Shown here: piece after piece, positions 27,723 through 37,900 of the stretch | Layout: each line of letters opens with the position of its first letter | Position numbering within the stretch: the stretch's first letter is position 1 | Virus record (IMG/VR): IMGVR_UViG_3300025413_001239 | Source: a virus | Taxonomy: Duplodnaviria > Caudoviricetes | Length of the DNA: 64,000 nucleotides | Strand: one strand, 5' to 3' | Translations under genes and position numbers: made by a program | Notes under the pieces: generated by a model | What the model saw: only the letters and a program-made list of their open reading frames with translations | Told to the model about the DNA's origin: nothing | Database searches by the model: none

Positions 27723-30133
27723 TTATTTCTTTTTTTCATTTACCAGTTTAAGGTATAGGTTTTTTCTATCTTCAGTTACCTTATCCATAGAATACGTATC
27801 CTTAACTGTGTTATATAAGTTTTCACTAAGTTGTGTTACTAATTCTGGTTGTTGAATTAATTTCTTAATTGCTTTAACCCAATCTTTGGTTTGATGTTTA
27901 CTTGGTTTAATCAAAATACCATTCGCATTAGTATCCCAATTACCACCAAATTGTATAGCGTTAGTCACATCAATTTGATATGGACCAAAATCCTGAGCTA
28001 TAATAGCCTTTTTATGGAATCCAGCTTCGATGACTTTTAATTGACTCTTAACCTCATTAAAAATATTATCTTCAATTGGTGCCAATGATACATCAAATAA
28101 ATTATAATTTGATGCGTATGTACTAATTGGCTTAGTCCAAACTCTTCTATAAGGTTCGTTAGCTACATTAGGATATTCTTCGTTCTTAAACTTCAATAAG
28201 AAATCCTTATACTCTGGACTTACAGTTGAATAGTTATCGGTAAATATTTTTTCATACTGATACCAAACGCTTTCAGTTGGCTTGATGGGTCTTTGAGTTT
28301 GTTGTTTAGTTTGCTCATCAATAATTGTCATAGTACCTCTAAGGTCATATCCACATAGTACAAATTGTACTTTATCTATAAGACCTTCACGATTAATGGT
28401 TCCAACCACATCGTTAATAAGTTCTAAGTCTTTAAGGTGACTATTGCCAATCCACATTGCTTTGCCGTTTCTTCTGACATAGATAATATGATTTTTAACT
28501 TCAACACAATAAACATTACCTTTATAATATCTATTATATTGATTTTCTGTTTTAATTAGAGGGGTATTTTTATTATGCTTACTAGTACTATGATGTTTGG
28601 TAAAATTAACCACCAATGAATCATATTGTGACTTTATTCCTCTTCCTTTAATTTCACTAGTTCGTTTACCTCGATTTGTTATTGTCGCTGAAATACCTAT
28701 TTTTAAAGCAATTTCTTGTAAATTATTTGCTAACGAAGGTGAGCAAGTAAATGCTCTGGTTCTTGTATATTTATTATTTTCAATATGGCCGTCACCTTTA
28801 ATAAACCAATCTAAAAATATTGTTAATTGTCTTGGTGATAAATTTAATATTTCTTCAGGTACAAATTTATCATATGCATTACCAAAATTTGATAAGTATT
28901 CCCATAACATTTTATCAAAAACCCTAACTTGTTTTTTGTCTTTAGTATACGTTGGTTTGAAACCCATTTTAATTAATAATTCATACATATATGATAAATA
29001 CCCATTATCTTTTGTTTGTGCTATACCTACTTGATGTAACCCATTTGTTTTAGTAGTCCACCCTTCAGCCATCCAAAAACCAAAAAATTGTAACCAATTA
29101 TCCATATCGATATTTTTATCATAACCATATTTTTCGGATAATCCATTATAACGTTTTTTTGATATTAATTTATCAATATAGTTTTCGTTTTCTTCAAATT
29201 CAGCGTATTCATTTAGCATTGGTAAAACAAAATATTTTTCTTTTTTACCAACCCATACTGCATCTTTTTTAACATGGAAATTTTTACCATGTATTTTTTC
29301 AGATTGGATTAATTCTAAATCAAGTTTTTTATGTGTTAATGATTTGGCCACAGAGGCATACATATTGTGGTTTGGTGTAACTTCGTATTCAACTAAACCA
29401 TTTTTACAACAATTTAATTCACCTTCAAATGGTTCACATATGTAACCTGTTGGTTTGTGGTACTCTAATTCATTTGTATTTGGATTTAATGTTGCAACCA
29501 TTTCGGTTTGATTTAAAGCGTCAAATCTTTTCCAACCTTCATCAGTCAGAATTTCGGTATCTGGTGTCATACAACTACCACCTAACCAACCAATTCTAAG
29601 TCTCTCAGATGGTTCTACATTTGGTGTAAATTGTTTTTCGGTTGGGTCTACAGCATTTGGAAGTACGAATACGTTTTTATTAAATTTTTTAATTTCATCA
29701 GCAAATATGGGTGTTGTTGTTGTAACATTTCTTGAAATCTTAATGTTATTAAGAATTAACTTATCAAGACCATGATTTTTTATAAGTAAAAAAGCTGGGT
29801 GATGTGGTCCTGGGGACCAATAGTCATCTAAGTCCATTATTGTAACAATACCTAAATTGTCAAGTCTTTCAAGGAGTGCTGGTAATGCGCTATATTCACC
29901 AAGGGTTCTATGATAATGTATAATATCATATTGTTTAAGCCATTCATCATTATCTAATTGTGGTTCATAATCAATATCAATTGAGAACTCATCTGGGTAA
30001 TTTTGTTCTAGGGCAATATGTGGCTTAGAACTTCTAAAGTAGCTTGTCAGCTGACCCCAGTTCTGTCACTAGGTACTACTAATACCTTTACTTTGCGACT
30101 AACTGGGGTCAGATTAATAATGTTTGTTGTCAT
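27723..30133 (-). CDS. GT-B (GT4-like) glycosyltransferase with intein; frame broken by an 8-nt gap at 30049-30042 (proposed ribosomal bypass)
   Basis: MTTNIINLTPVSRKVKVLVVPSDRTGVS-stop, then SYFRSSKPH...MDLDDYW, VLPNAVD, IGWLGGS|SHLKDL, KSQLKVIEAG in a different frame. Joined: 800-aa precursor, 423 aa after intein removal. Confidence 0.75.
28443..29573 (-). mobile_element. Class 1 intein with LAGLIDADG domain (377 aa) in the glycosyltransferase
   Basis: CMTPDTEILTDEG start, VTPNHNM block B, GFWMAEG and FIKGDG motifs, VYCVEV...MWIGN end, +1 Ser. Confidence 0.92.
30042..30112 (-). other. 62-nt RNA hairpin (30112-30051) followed by matched take-off/landing codons AGC-TGA-CA-AGC
   Basis: Perfect 12-bp stem CTGACCCCAGTT/AACTGGGGTCAG plus inner GTCGC/GTGAC and AGGTA/TACCT stems. 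Confidence 0.8.
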
Positions 30134-31041
30134 TTTGTGAAATTAATTCTCTTATTATATTTTTATTTTTTTTGTAATCCGATTCCCAGATTACAATACA
30201 ATTATAATTATATTTTTTAGCTAAGTCAAGCTTATTCTTATCATATTCCCATATTTCTTTAGCTGTTTTACTCTTTTTTTTATTATAATACATTGAATCA
30301 TATTTTTTAGGGTTACAATGCCAGTAATCACCATTATACTCAATAAGTAAATTTAGCTCAGGAATATAAATATCAAAAATTTTTGATTCAATAATAAAAT
30401 TAGGTTCGACTTTTAAATTTATGCTCTCAAGATATTTAATAATTTCAAACTCTGGTTTTGAGCGATTAAAAGATTTTAACTCTCCGTTAGCAATTCTATT
30501 TTTCATAAGAATACTTAACTTGGTTCTAGTCTCTTCCATTTTACCACTTTTCCAACGTTCTTTAGCCATAATACTAAACATGTCTTTGTATTCTTGTTTA
30601 GACATATGGTCACTAGTTTTAACACCAATTTTTTTATCTGAAATTGTTTTTTTTGTAGTATTTGAATGAGTTTTTTTAAAAAACGGATTCCCCCCCCAAC
30701 TTGTTTTTTTAAAGAACATTTTTTACATTCATGTTTATTTTTTAAATTTCTATTTAGTAAAGATTTATTGTTTACTGAAAATTTTATTTTTTTATTACAT
30801 GTAATACAAGTATAATGCCCACACCACATATTACCCTCTTGCCAAAAATTTTTATAGAAAGACTCGCCAAGCAATCTATTTCTAGTTAAATTTTTGTCTT
30901 TTAATATTTTTAAAACTTGATTTTTTGTAATGTTAGGTATTAATTTACATATTTTAGTTGACCCAATACCGCTTAAATATAATTCAATTATTTTTTCTTC
31001 CATATATTATAAATATACAGAAAATAAAAATAAGTCTAAAA
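30045..31041 (-). mobile_element. 997-nt HEG cassette flanked by AGCT direct repeats (31042-31045 and 30041-30044)
   Basis: Deleting the cassette plus one AGCT joins MTKNKKIKVLVVASDRTGVS to YFRSSKPH in frame. Confidence 0.72.
30114..31003 (-). pseudogene. Vsr/DUF559-like homing endonuclease (HTH, Zn finger, NUMOD3, nuclease), frameshifted at a G8 run (30690-30697)
   Basis: ORFs 30515-31003 and 30114-30719 join at GTT-G8-AAT; CITC...CKKC; NPFFKKTHS; FDIYIPELNLLIEYNGDYWH; IVIWESD. Confidence 0.8.
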
Positions 31042-31102
31042 AGCTAACCCCAGTTCTGTCTGATGCTACTACTAAAACTTTAATTTTTTTGTTTTTTGTC
31101 AT
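31007..31102 (-). pseudogene. Original 5' end of the GT gene, truncated (absent from the ORF track)
   Basis: MTKNKKIKVLVVASDRTGVS then FLDLFLFSVYL-stop; 17/18 nt identical to the downstream copy over GACAGAACTGGGGTyAGC. Confidence 0.85.
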
Positions 31103-31161
31103 TATTTTTATTTTTAAAACGTTATTTTGATTAATATACTAAACATAAAATATTAGTCAAT

Positions 31162-31190
31162 AAAAAAGGCCCTATAAGGGCCTTTTTTTT
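31162..31190. terminator. Intrinsic terminator, symmetric
   Basis: A6-GGCCC-TATAA-GGGCC-T8. Confidence 0.8.
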
Positions 31191-31208
31191 ATTATAAATA
31201 ATTTTAAT

Positions 31209-31856
31209 TTAAATAGATTTTCTCTTTGGTGTTACTTTTGGTGTAATTTTACCTTCTTTAATAAGGGTTGTTATTGTAGCCTTTACGGTTTCTTGTGTAA
31301 CCATTTTATTATAGCTTTTAGTAAAGTACTCAAGAAGTTTTTTCTCAACCATACTATTAACCATTTCATTTAATTGAGATTTGCTAACTGTAATTGTGTC
31401 ACCTTGATTAACTGGTCTTTTGATATTTTCACTTAATTGTTGTTTAGAACCCTTTAATGGTATACCAGCAACTTTAGCAATATCTTCAGCTGTAAATTTG
31501 GATGGTGGTGCTGCAAATTTTGGAACTCTTTTTTCCATCATTACTTTTTTAATACTATCTGGTAATTTAGAATTCATAACTTGTTCATCACTATAATTAT
31601 AAACGTTTGATGGTCCAGAAGGTACGTAATTGTCAAAACTCATTTCTCGTTCATCACTTTCGCTATACATTTCAGCTGGTCTTGATGATTGCCTTTTTGG
31701 TGGTGTTTCAACATAATCAAAATTATCTTCGTAACTTTCTTGAATTTGACCGCTTTGTTTTTTAGGGTTTTCTTTTTCTACTTTATTCATTACAGCAGCA
31801 GCTTTACCTAAAATACTACCTAACCTACTAAGGTCTACTGGTGGTGGTGTTGTCAT
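31209..31856 (-). CDS. Hypothetical late protein
   Basis: 215-aa ORF co-oriented with the late cluster, ending just before the terminator. Confidence 0.65.
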   Translation of the reverse strand: MTTPPPVDLSRLGSILGKAAAVMNKVEKENPKKQSGQIQESYEDNFDYVETPPKRQSSRPAEMYSESDEREMSFDNYVPSGPSNVYNYSDEQVMNSKLPDSIKKVMMEKRVPKFAAPPSKFTAEDIAKVAGIPLKGSKQQLSENIKRPVNQGDTITVSKSQLNEMVNSMVEKKLLEYFTKSYNKMVTQETVKATITTLIKEGKITPKVTPKRKSI

Positions 31857-32859
31857 TTGTGTTTGTTTTTAAGTTGTTATTATTTTTTTGTTTCAACTTT
31901 TGTTGTAAACGTTTTTTTAATTCTTTTTCTTTTTCAATCTTAGCACGAAGTTTTTCTTGTCTAGCTTGTTGTTCTTTTTCTTTTTTTGCTAAATAAGCTT
32001 GTTTATCTTCTAGTTCTTTACGTTCAGCATCAAGTTTATCTTGATATTCTTGTTCCTCACCACTATTAAACTCTTCTTCGTTTTCTTCGTCTTCATCATT
32101 CTCATCTTCATCATTTGCAATATAAGATGAGTTTTTATTTAATTTAAAACCTTGTTTTTTTAACCAATTTGTTGCAGCATCTAAATCACCGTCAGAATTA
32201 TTTAACGCTTGTCTAGCATCAAAATTACTAACTCCAGTTGCTTGTGCTAATTTGTATATAGCATCAGCTGAAACTTCGTTATCTTTAGTTTCTTCTGGAT
32301 TTTGTTTAATGTAAGAACTAGTATTTGGTTTATTAACTTTATATTTTTCTCTATTAGCTTGTATTTTTTGATATTGTTTTTTAAATTCTTCAGGTGATAT
32401 GTTTGAAACATCTCTTGAAGTAAAATCAGTACTTTTTCTTTGATACTTACTTGTTTTATACTTATCATCGAATGTAGCAATGTCACGTACTGTTTTCATA
32501 GTTCTATCACCATTTGGATTAAACTTATCCATTGGTCTATAAAACTTCATTTTGGTTGGTTGCCAACTACGGATTCTATCCAACCTAAAAATTTTCCAAG
32601 CACTACGACCTGGTGTTGTTTTAGAACCACCACCAACTTGATAAGCTCTTATGGCTTTATTGTCAGCTATGGTATCTGAAAAGTTATATACTTGAATATA
32701 CCTTTTACTAGGTGGTGCATCTGGATAATCTTCATAAGTTATATTTACAAAGTACTTTCCATTAATAGCATCAATAACAGCCTCATCTGAAACATTTTCA
32801 GTTAAAAGACTAGCGGTCTCTTCTAATATAATATTTTCAAATAATTTGTAAAGTTTCAT
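31828..32859 (-). CDS. WYL-like domain + UBA/EF-Ts-N-like domain + acidic and coiled-coil tail
   Basis: VNITY...KRYIQVY...IRAYQ...WKIFRLDRI; VSADAIYKLAQATGVSNFDARQALNNSDGDLDAATNWLKKQG. Confidence 0.6.
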   Translation of the reverse strand: MKLYKLFENIILEETASLLTENVSDEAVIDAINGKYFVNITYEDYPDAPPSKRYIQVYNFSDTIADNKAIRAYQVGGGSKTTPGRSAWKIFRLDRIRSWQPTKMKFYRPMDKFNPNGDRTMKTVRDIATFDDKYKTSKYQRKSTDFTSRDVSNISPEEFKKQYQKIQANREKYKVNKPNTSSYIKQNPEETKDNEVSADAIYKLAQATGVSNFDARQALNNSDGDLDAATNWLKKQGFKLNKNSSYIANDEDENDEDEENEEEFNSGEEQEYQDKLDAERKELEDKQAYLAKKEKEQQARQEKLRAKIEKEKELKKRLQQKLKQKNNNNLKTNTNDNTTTSRP

Positions 32860-33230
32860 TAATAATAAACTATTACTTGACCACAATTTTTTGTCATATC
32901 TGGTTGCTTATAGCAATGATTTGGGTCAAAGCCCCATGTACCTAAATTTAGGGCAAATGCTGGCTTACGACCAGAACCTTGAGCTACATTTGGATTACCG
33001 TTAATATCCAAATCAGAACCACCATTATAATTTATAATAGCTGCTTGTAAATCATCACCAGTACCCTTTCCGTAATTTGGTGTTGTTTGGTCAGCCAATG
33101 CTCTAGTGTGGGTTACTGTATATTCATTTGATGTAATGCAGTTATATGTATTTTGTGGAATTAAGCAATTTCTTGCTGAAATTGCTGCAATTTCTAGTGG
33201 TGATTGACCACCGTTTACTGGTGCTGGCAT
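32859..33230 (-). CDS. Hypothetical, probable virion protein
   Basis: TAATG overlap with the next gene; G/N/P-rich. Confidence 0.6.
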   Translation of the reverse strand: MPAPVNGGQSPLEIAAISARNCLIPQNTYNCITSNEYTVTHTRALADQTTPNYGKGTGDDLQAAIINYNGGSDLDINGNPNVAQGSGRKPAFALNLGTWGFDPNHCYKQPDMTKNCGQVIVYY

Positions 33231-33233
33231 AAT

Positions 33234-33689
33234 TTAAAGTTTTTCTTTTTTATTGTTATTTAAGTATTCTATAAGATATAGAATTTTTTTTAAATCTTCT
33301 TGAAGAGATTCGTTATAAACCTCTTTATTTGTCATTATTTTTCGAAGGATACTACCTTTATTTAATTTAGGTAAACCACCGACTTTTGTTGGGTTTTTAG
33401 ATGAATCCTTATCGTGAGTTTTAATAAATTGATTTTCACGACCAGTATCCATTCCAATCTTCTTTATACCATAAATACTATCTCTATCTTTTTTTAACGT
33501 TTCTTCAATAAATTTTAACGCTGCATCACCACCTTTTCTATTAAACTCATCCATATTACCATCTTTTTTGGCTTGTGTAAGTCTGGTTTTAGTTGTTTTA
33601 AGGTTTTCGTAAGTAATAGCGGTACCTAAAAAACTTCTAAGGTTTTCTGGTACTGAATACGTCTTACCTTGCATTTGTGAATTAGGCAT
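33234..33689 (-). CDS. Hypothetical protein
   Basis: 151-aa ORF in operon. Confidence 0.6.
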   Translation of the reverse strand: MPNSQMQGKTYSVPENLRSFLGTAITYENLKTTKTRLTQAKKDGNMDEFNRKGGDAALKFIEETLKKDRDSIYGIKKIGMDTGRENQFIKTHDKDSSKNPTKVGGLPKLNKGSILRKIMTNKEVYNESLQEDLKKILYLIEYLNNNKKEKL

Positions 33690-34152
33690 CTTTATTTAAT
33701 TTACTTAATACAGCTTTTTTTATTCTATCTAATTGTTTATCAGTTAAATCAACATCATTTATTATATCAAGAACCTTTTCAGTCTTTTTATCATATTCTT
33801 TATCAAATACTTCACTATTCTTAGACTTCTTAACTAAGTCTTCTTCAAGTTCTTTTTTGGTTATAACTTTCTTTTTAGTTTCGTTAACTGGGAGACCACG
33901 ACCAGATTGGCTACGGTAACTGTAAACTGCGAACCAAGGTATATTTTGCCTATATCTAGAAGCCCTATCTGTGGTTGTTGAGATGCCTTTTTCATAATCA
34001 GAATCGTCATTCCATGGTTTTTGAACAGGTCCAGTTTCAATTTCACTATCATTGGTAGCATTTCTATCACCACTGATAATACCACCATCGGCACCAACAA
34101 GTTCATCCAATTCAAATTTCTCCTTAATATTCTTTACTTTAATTATTGGCAT
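33682..34152 (-). CDS. Hypothetical protein
   Basis: 156-aa ORF preceded by the ATATTTAT motif. Confidence 0.6.
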   Translation of the reverse strand: MPIIKVKNIKEKFELDELVGADGGIISGDRNATNDSEIETGPVQKPWNDDSDYEKGISTTTDRASRYRQNIPWFAVYSYRSQSGRGLPVNETKKKVITKKELEEDLVKKSKNSEVFDKEYDKKTEKVLDIINDVDLTDKQLDRIKKAVLSKLNKDA

Positions 34153-34167
34153 AAATAATTCTTTTAT

Positions 34168-34200
34168 AATAAATATATTGAAAACGCTGAATATTTATTA
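34168..34200. promoter_or_regulatory. Back-to-back putative late promoters (ATATTTAT on each sense strand)
   Basis: Minus-strand ATATTTATT around 34177-34168 before ATG 34152; plus-strand GAATATTTATTA at 34189-34200 before ATG 34216. Confidence 0.6.
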
Positions 34201-34215
34201 AATAAATAAAGAATA

Positions 34216-34893
34216 ATGGCATTTATTACAAAATTAGACTATTCATCAAATAGACAAATATCACAATACCCAGAAACAATAACTTATTTATCTGGTGGAA
34301 CAGTATTTGGATTACCATTTAATCAATTGGTTACAGGACCGAATTTAAATACAAGTGCAATAACACAAACTTACGGTGGTGCTATTAGTACTTTTTCTGG
34401 AAATACTGGTACAACTGTTTATACTTGGTATAATTCTGGTATGCAATTGGCTTATTCTAGACTTTCGGCAATAACACCTTCAAATAGTGCAATAACACAA
34501 AATACTGGTGTGGTATTTACTGGTACGAATACCACTATTATTGATGGGAATACAGTTAATTTATCTTACAGTGGTGTTGGTTTTGATATTACACCAATTG
34601 CTATGATAAGTCTTGGTGGTGGTAATTTTAGTGGTACATCATATAGTCAAACAGTTAATTTTTATAGTGCTGGTACTTTAGATTATACTGGGCGTACTAT
34701 ATGGGTTGATGTTAGTGGTATTACAAGAACAAATACTCTTTTAGCGGATAATATCCAATTAACAGCTTTAAATACCGCACCATCATCATCTGGTGATACT
34801 GGTACAACTGGTCAAATAAAAATAAGTAATGGATTTATATATGTTTGTGTTGCAACAAACACATGGAAAAGAGCAACTCTATCAGGGTTTTAA
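34216..34893 (+). CDS. Virion/fibre-associated protein
   Basis: T/G/S/N-rich; C-terminal PSSSGDTGTTGQI...IYVCVATNTWKR motif typical of phage fibre proteins. Confidence 0.6.
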   Translation: MAFITKLDYSSNRQISQYPETITYLSGGTVFGLPFNQLVTGPNLNTSAITQTYGGAISTFSGNTGTTVYTWYNSGMQLAYSRLSAITPSNSAITQNTGVVFTGTNTTIIDGNTVNLSYSGVGFDITPIAMISLGGGNFSGTSYSQTVNFYSAGTLDYTGRTIWVDVSGITRTNTLLADNIQLTALNTAPSSSGDTGTTGQIKISNGFIYVCVATNTWKRATLSGF

Positions 34894-34902
34894 TATAAAA
34901 TT

Positions 34903-37900
34903 ATGGGTTATAATATCAATGAAAATAAAACAAATATTGTACCATTTCAAAGTGGTAAGGGTATTCCAACACATATATCACCATTAGGTTCAGTCTATAT
35001 TGATAATACAACTGGTGTACAATATATAAATAAGGATGGTTTAGCTGGTTGGGCGTTTTTTTATGATTCGACAATACCGATAAGTGGTGGTACTGGTGGC
35101 GGTGGTGCTTATGTTCCATTATCTGGTGGTACCATGTCTGGTACACTTTATGCCCCAACCTTTTCTGGTGGTACATTTTATGGTGATGGTAGTCATTTAA
35201 CTGGTGTTGGTGGTACATTTAATGGTGGAACGGTTACTGGTTCAACAATATTTACTAGTGGACTTACAGCAAATACAATATCCGCTACAACATATCAGAA
35301 TCTACCAGCAACACCATACTTGAATTTATCTGGTGGTACTGTAACTGGTAATACCGTATTTACTAGTGGACTTACAGCAAATACAATATCTGCAACCACT
35401 TATTTAAATTTACCAGCAACACCATACTTGAATTTATCTGGTGGTACTGTAAGTGGTAATACTGTATTTTTAAGTGGACTTACAGCTAATACAATATCAG
35501 CTACAACATATCAGAATCTACCAGCAACACCATACTTGAATTTATCTGGTGGAACTGTAAGTGGTAATACTGTATTTTTAAGTGGACTTACAGCAAACAC
35601 AATATCCGCTACAACATATCAGAATCTACCAGCAACACCATACTTGAATTTATCTGGTGGAACTGTAAGTGGTAATACTGTATTTTTAAGTGGACTTACA
35701 GCAAACACAATATCAGCAAATACTATAACCGCAAATGCGTTATCACCTGTTGGTTATATTGATTTTAATACAGGTACAACAGTAACACCTAAAGGTGGAA
35801 GATTATTTTATAATAGTCAATTTGATGGTCCATCATATTATCCAACAAATGATACAAATGTTTTAATTAATCTTGGACAACAATTATACATGTCAGTGAT
35901 TAATGTCTCTGGTTCTTTAATACCAAAGGGTAGTGCAGTTTCAGTTTTAGGTAATACAAATGGTGTACCTAATATCACTTTAGCGGTAAATGTTCATACT
36001 GGAAATAGTTATTTAGTTGGTCTTGCCGCTGATGATATACCAAATGGTAATTTTGGTTTTGTATTAAATGAAGGTATATTAAGTGGTTTAACTCTTAATA
36101 ATTTTAAGATTGGTGATACCTTGTATTTATCACCATTTTCAGCTGGTACATATACAAATTCAACATTATCATTTCCATATACTGCTAGGACAAACCAAAT
36201 TGGTTACGTACTTAAAACAGGTTCAACGACTGGTGAAATATATGTTAAAATATATAATGAAGATACAAATTCAACACTTACAACACTTGAAAGAAATATT
36301 GTTGATGGTAACTCTATGGCTACTGGTATCTATCAATTCACTGGTATTACACAGACATCTAGTACTACATTTAATATAGCACCAGCTTTAGGCTGGGTGG
36401 TTAATAATACTTATGAAAAAGCAACGTTACCCGATGTTACAGAAATTAGTTATTCTGGTGGTACTAATTTAACAACGCCATATTTAACCATTGCCGATAA
36501 CACATATGTGTTAATAACTACAGCATCAACCATTACATTTCAACCAACATATCCAACACCACAACAAAGAAGACAAAATTTGTTTTTAGGTAAAATTATT
36601 CACACTAATAGGTCTTCAATTATATCTATAAATCAAACTGTTGATTTTGACGTATCACCAATGGCAGCATTACGTGATTTATGGACACCTTTGGTATTAA
36701 TTAATCAAGGTATTGTACCTTCAGCATATAGTGCTGGTACGTTAAGTATTCAAACAAGCTATGGTACATTATGGGGTAATGGTATCGGTTGGACTACAAA
36801 TCAATTAAATCCAAATAGTGTTACTTTATCTACCACAACACCGACTACATTTCAATATAGAACACAATTAGGTGCGGTAACAGGTAACACTGCACCATAT
36901 ACAGGTAATACAATTTATATCGACCCATTACATTATGATTATAATGGTGTTGTAACAAATATACCATCGTCTCATGGTAACACAATTTATGCAACTAACC
37001 AAAGAATCTATTTATTCCCAACTGGACTTGTAAGAATTCAATATGGGCAACAATATTATACAACATTTGCTAGTGCAATTGCTGGTTATAGTAATGAATC
37101 ATTCCAGGTTTATTCTAATAATGCGACAAATGGTATTTTAATTGGAATATTAACAGTTGTTAGGGAAACAACTGATTTAACAAATACTTCATATGCTTTA
37201 TTTTCTTATGTTTCTAAGTTTGGTGAATTATTAGGTGGAACAGCTGGTATTTCAACAACAACACTTCAACAAGCATATAATAATTCATCAAGTCCTGAAA
37301 TAGTTATTAACTCAACACTTGATGGTTTAACAATACAAAATGGAACAGGTAATCCCGATAATACCACACACTTATTGGAAGGAATGAATGCTTCTGGCCA
37401 AGTTACATCATTTATTAAGGCTGATGGTGGTTTCAGTGGTTCTAGTGTATCCGCAACAACATACTATGGCTTACCTTTAGATATACGTACAACTGGTGCG
37501 ACTTACTTAAATAATACATTTACGTTTACAAATAATACTGGTGGAACTTATAGCGTTTTATTTAATACATTAACTGGTTTAACTGTAAACGGTATTTTAT
37601 CAGCAACAACAATATCTGGTGGTACATTTTATGGTAATGGTAGTGGGTTAACATTAACTAATTCTCAAATTATTAGTGGTTTAACTTATACACCATATAA
37701 TGGTGCTACAAATCCGAATGGTTATATTAGTGGTATAACTAGTGTAATAACTGGTACTGGTGTTAATAATACAGTTGCGTTTTTTAATAATACAAATTCA
37801 TTAAGTGGGACAACTGGTTTAACTTATAATGGTAATTTAGGTTTAGGTACTAATAATCCTTTAGCTTCAACTACAACACGTAAAGCATTTGTTATTAGTG

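Noticed and set aside
30042-30052. Stop-codon reassignment (TGA) as the explanation for the GT interruption
   Set aside because: Readthrough stays in the wrong frame and meets TAG 12 codons later; TGA ends many genes here (ATGA overlaps) and TAG also serves as a stop.
30045-31041. Group I intron carrying the HEG
   Set aside because: Only about 35 nt before and 70 nt after the HEG, no recognisable P7/P3 core, and no in-frame junction with exon-terminal U plus intron-terminal G. RNA excision by another route is not excluded.
35224-35720. CRISPR-like array
   Set aside because: Units are contiguous 108-bp coding repeats with synonymous variation and no unique spacers.
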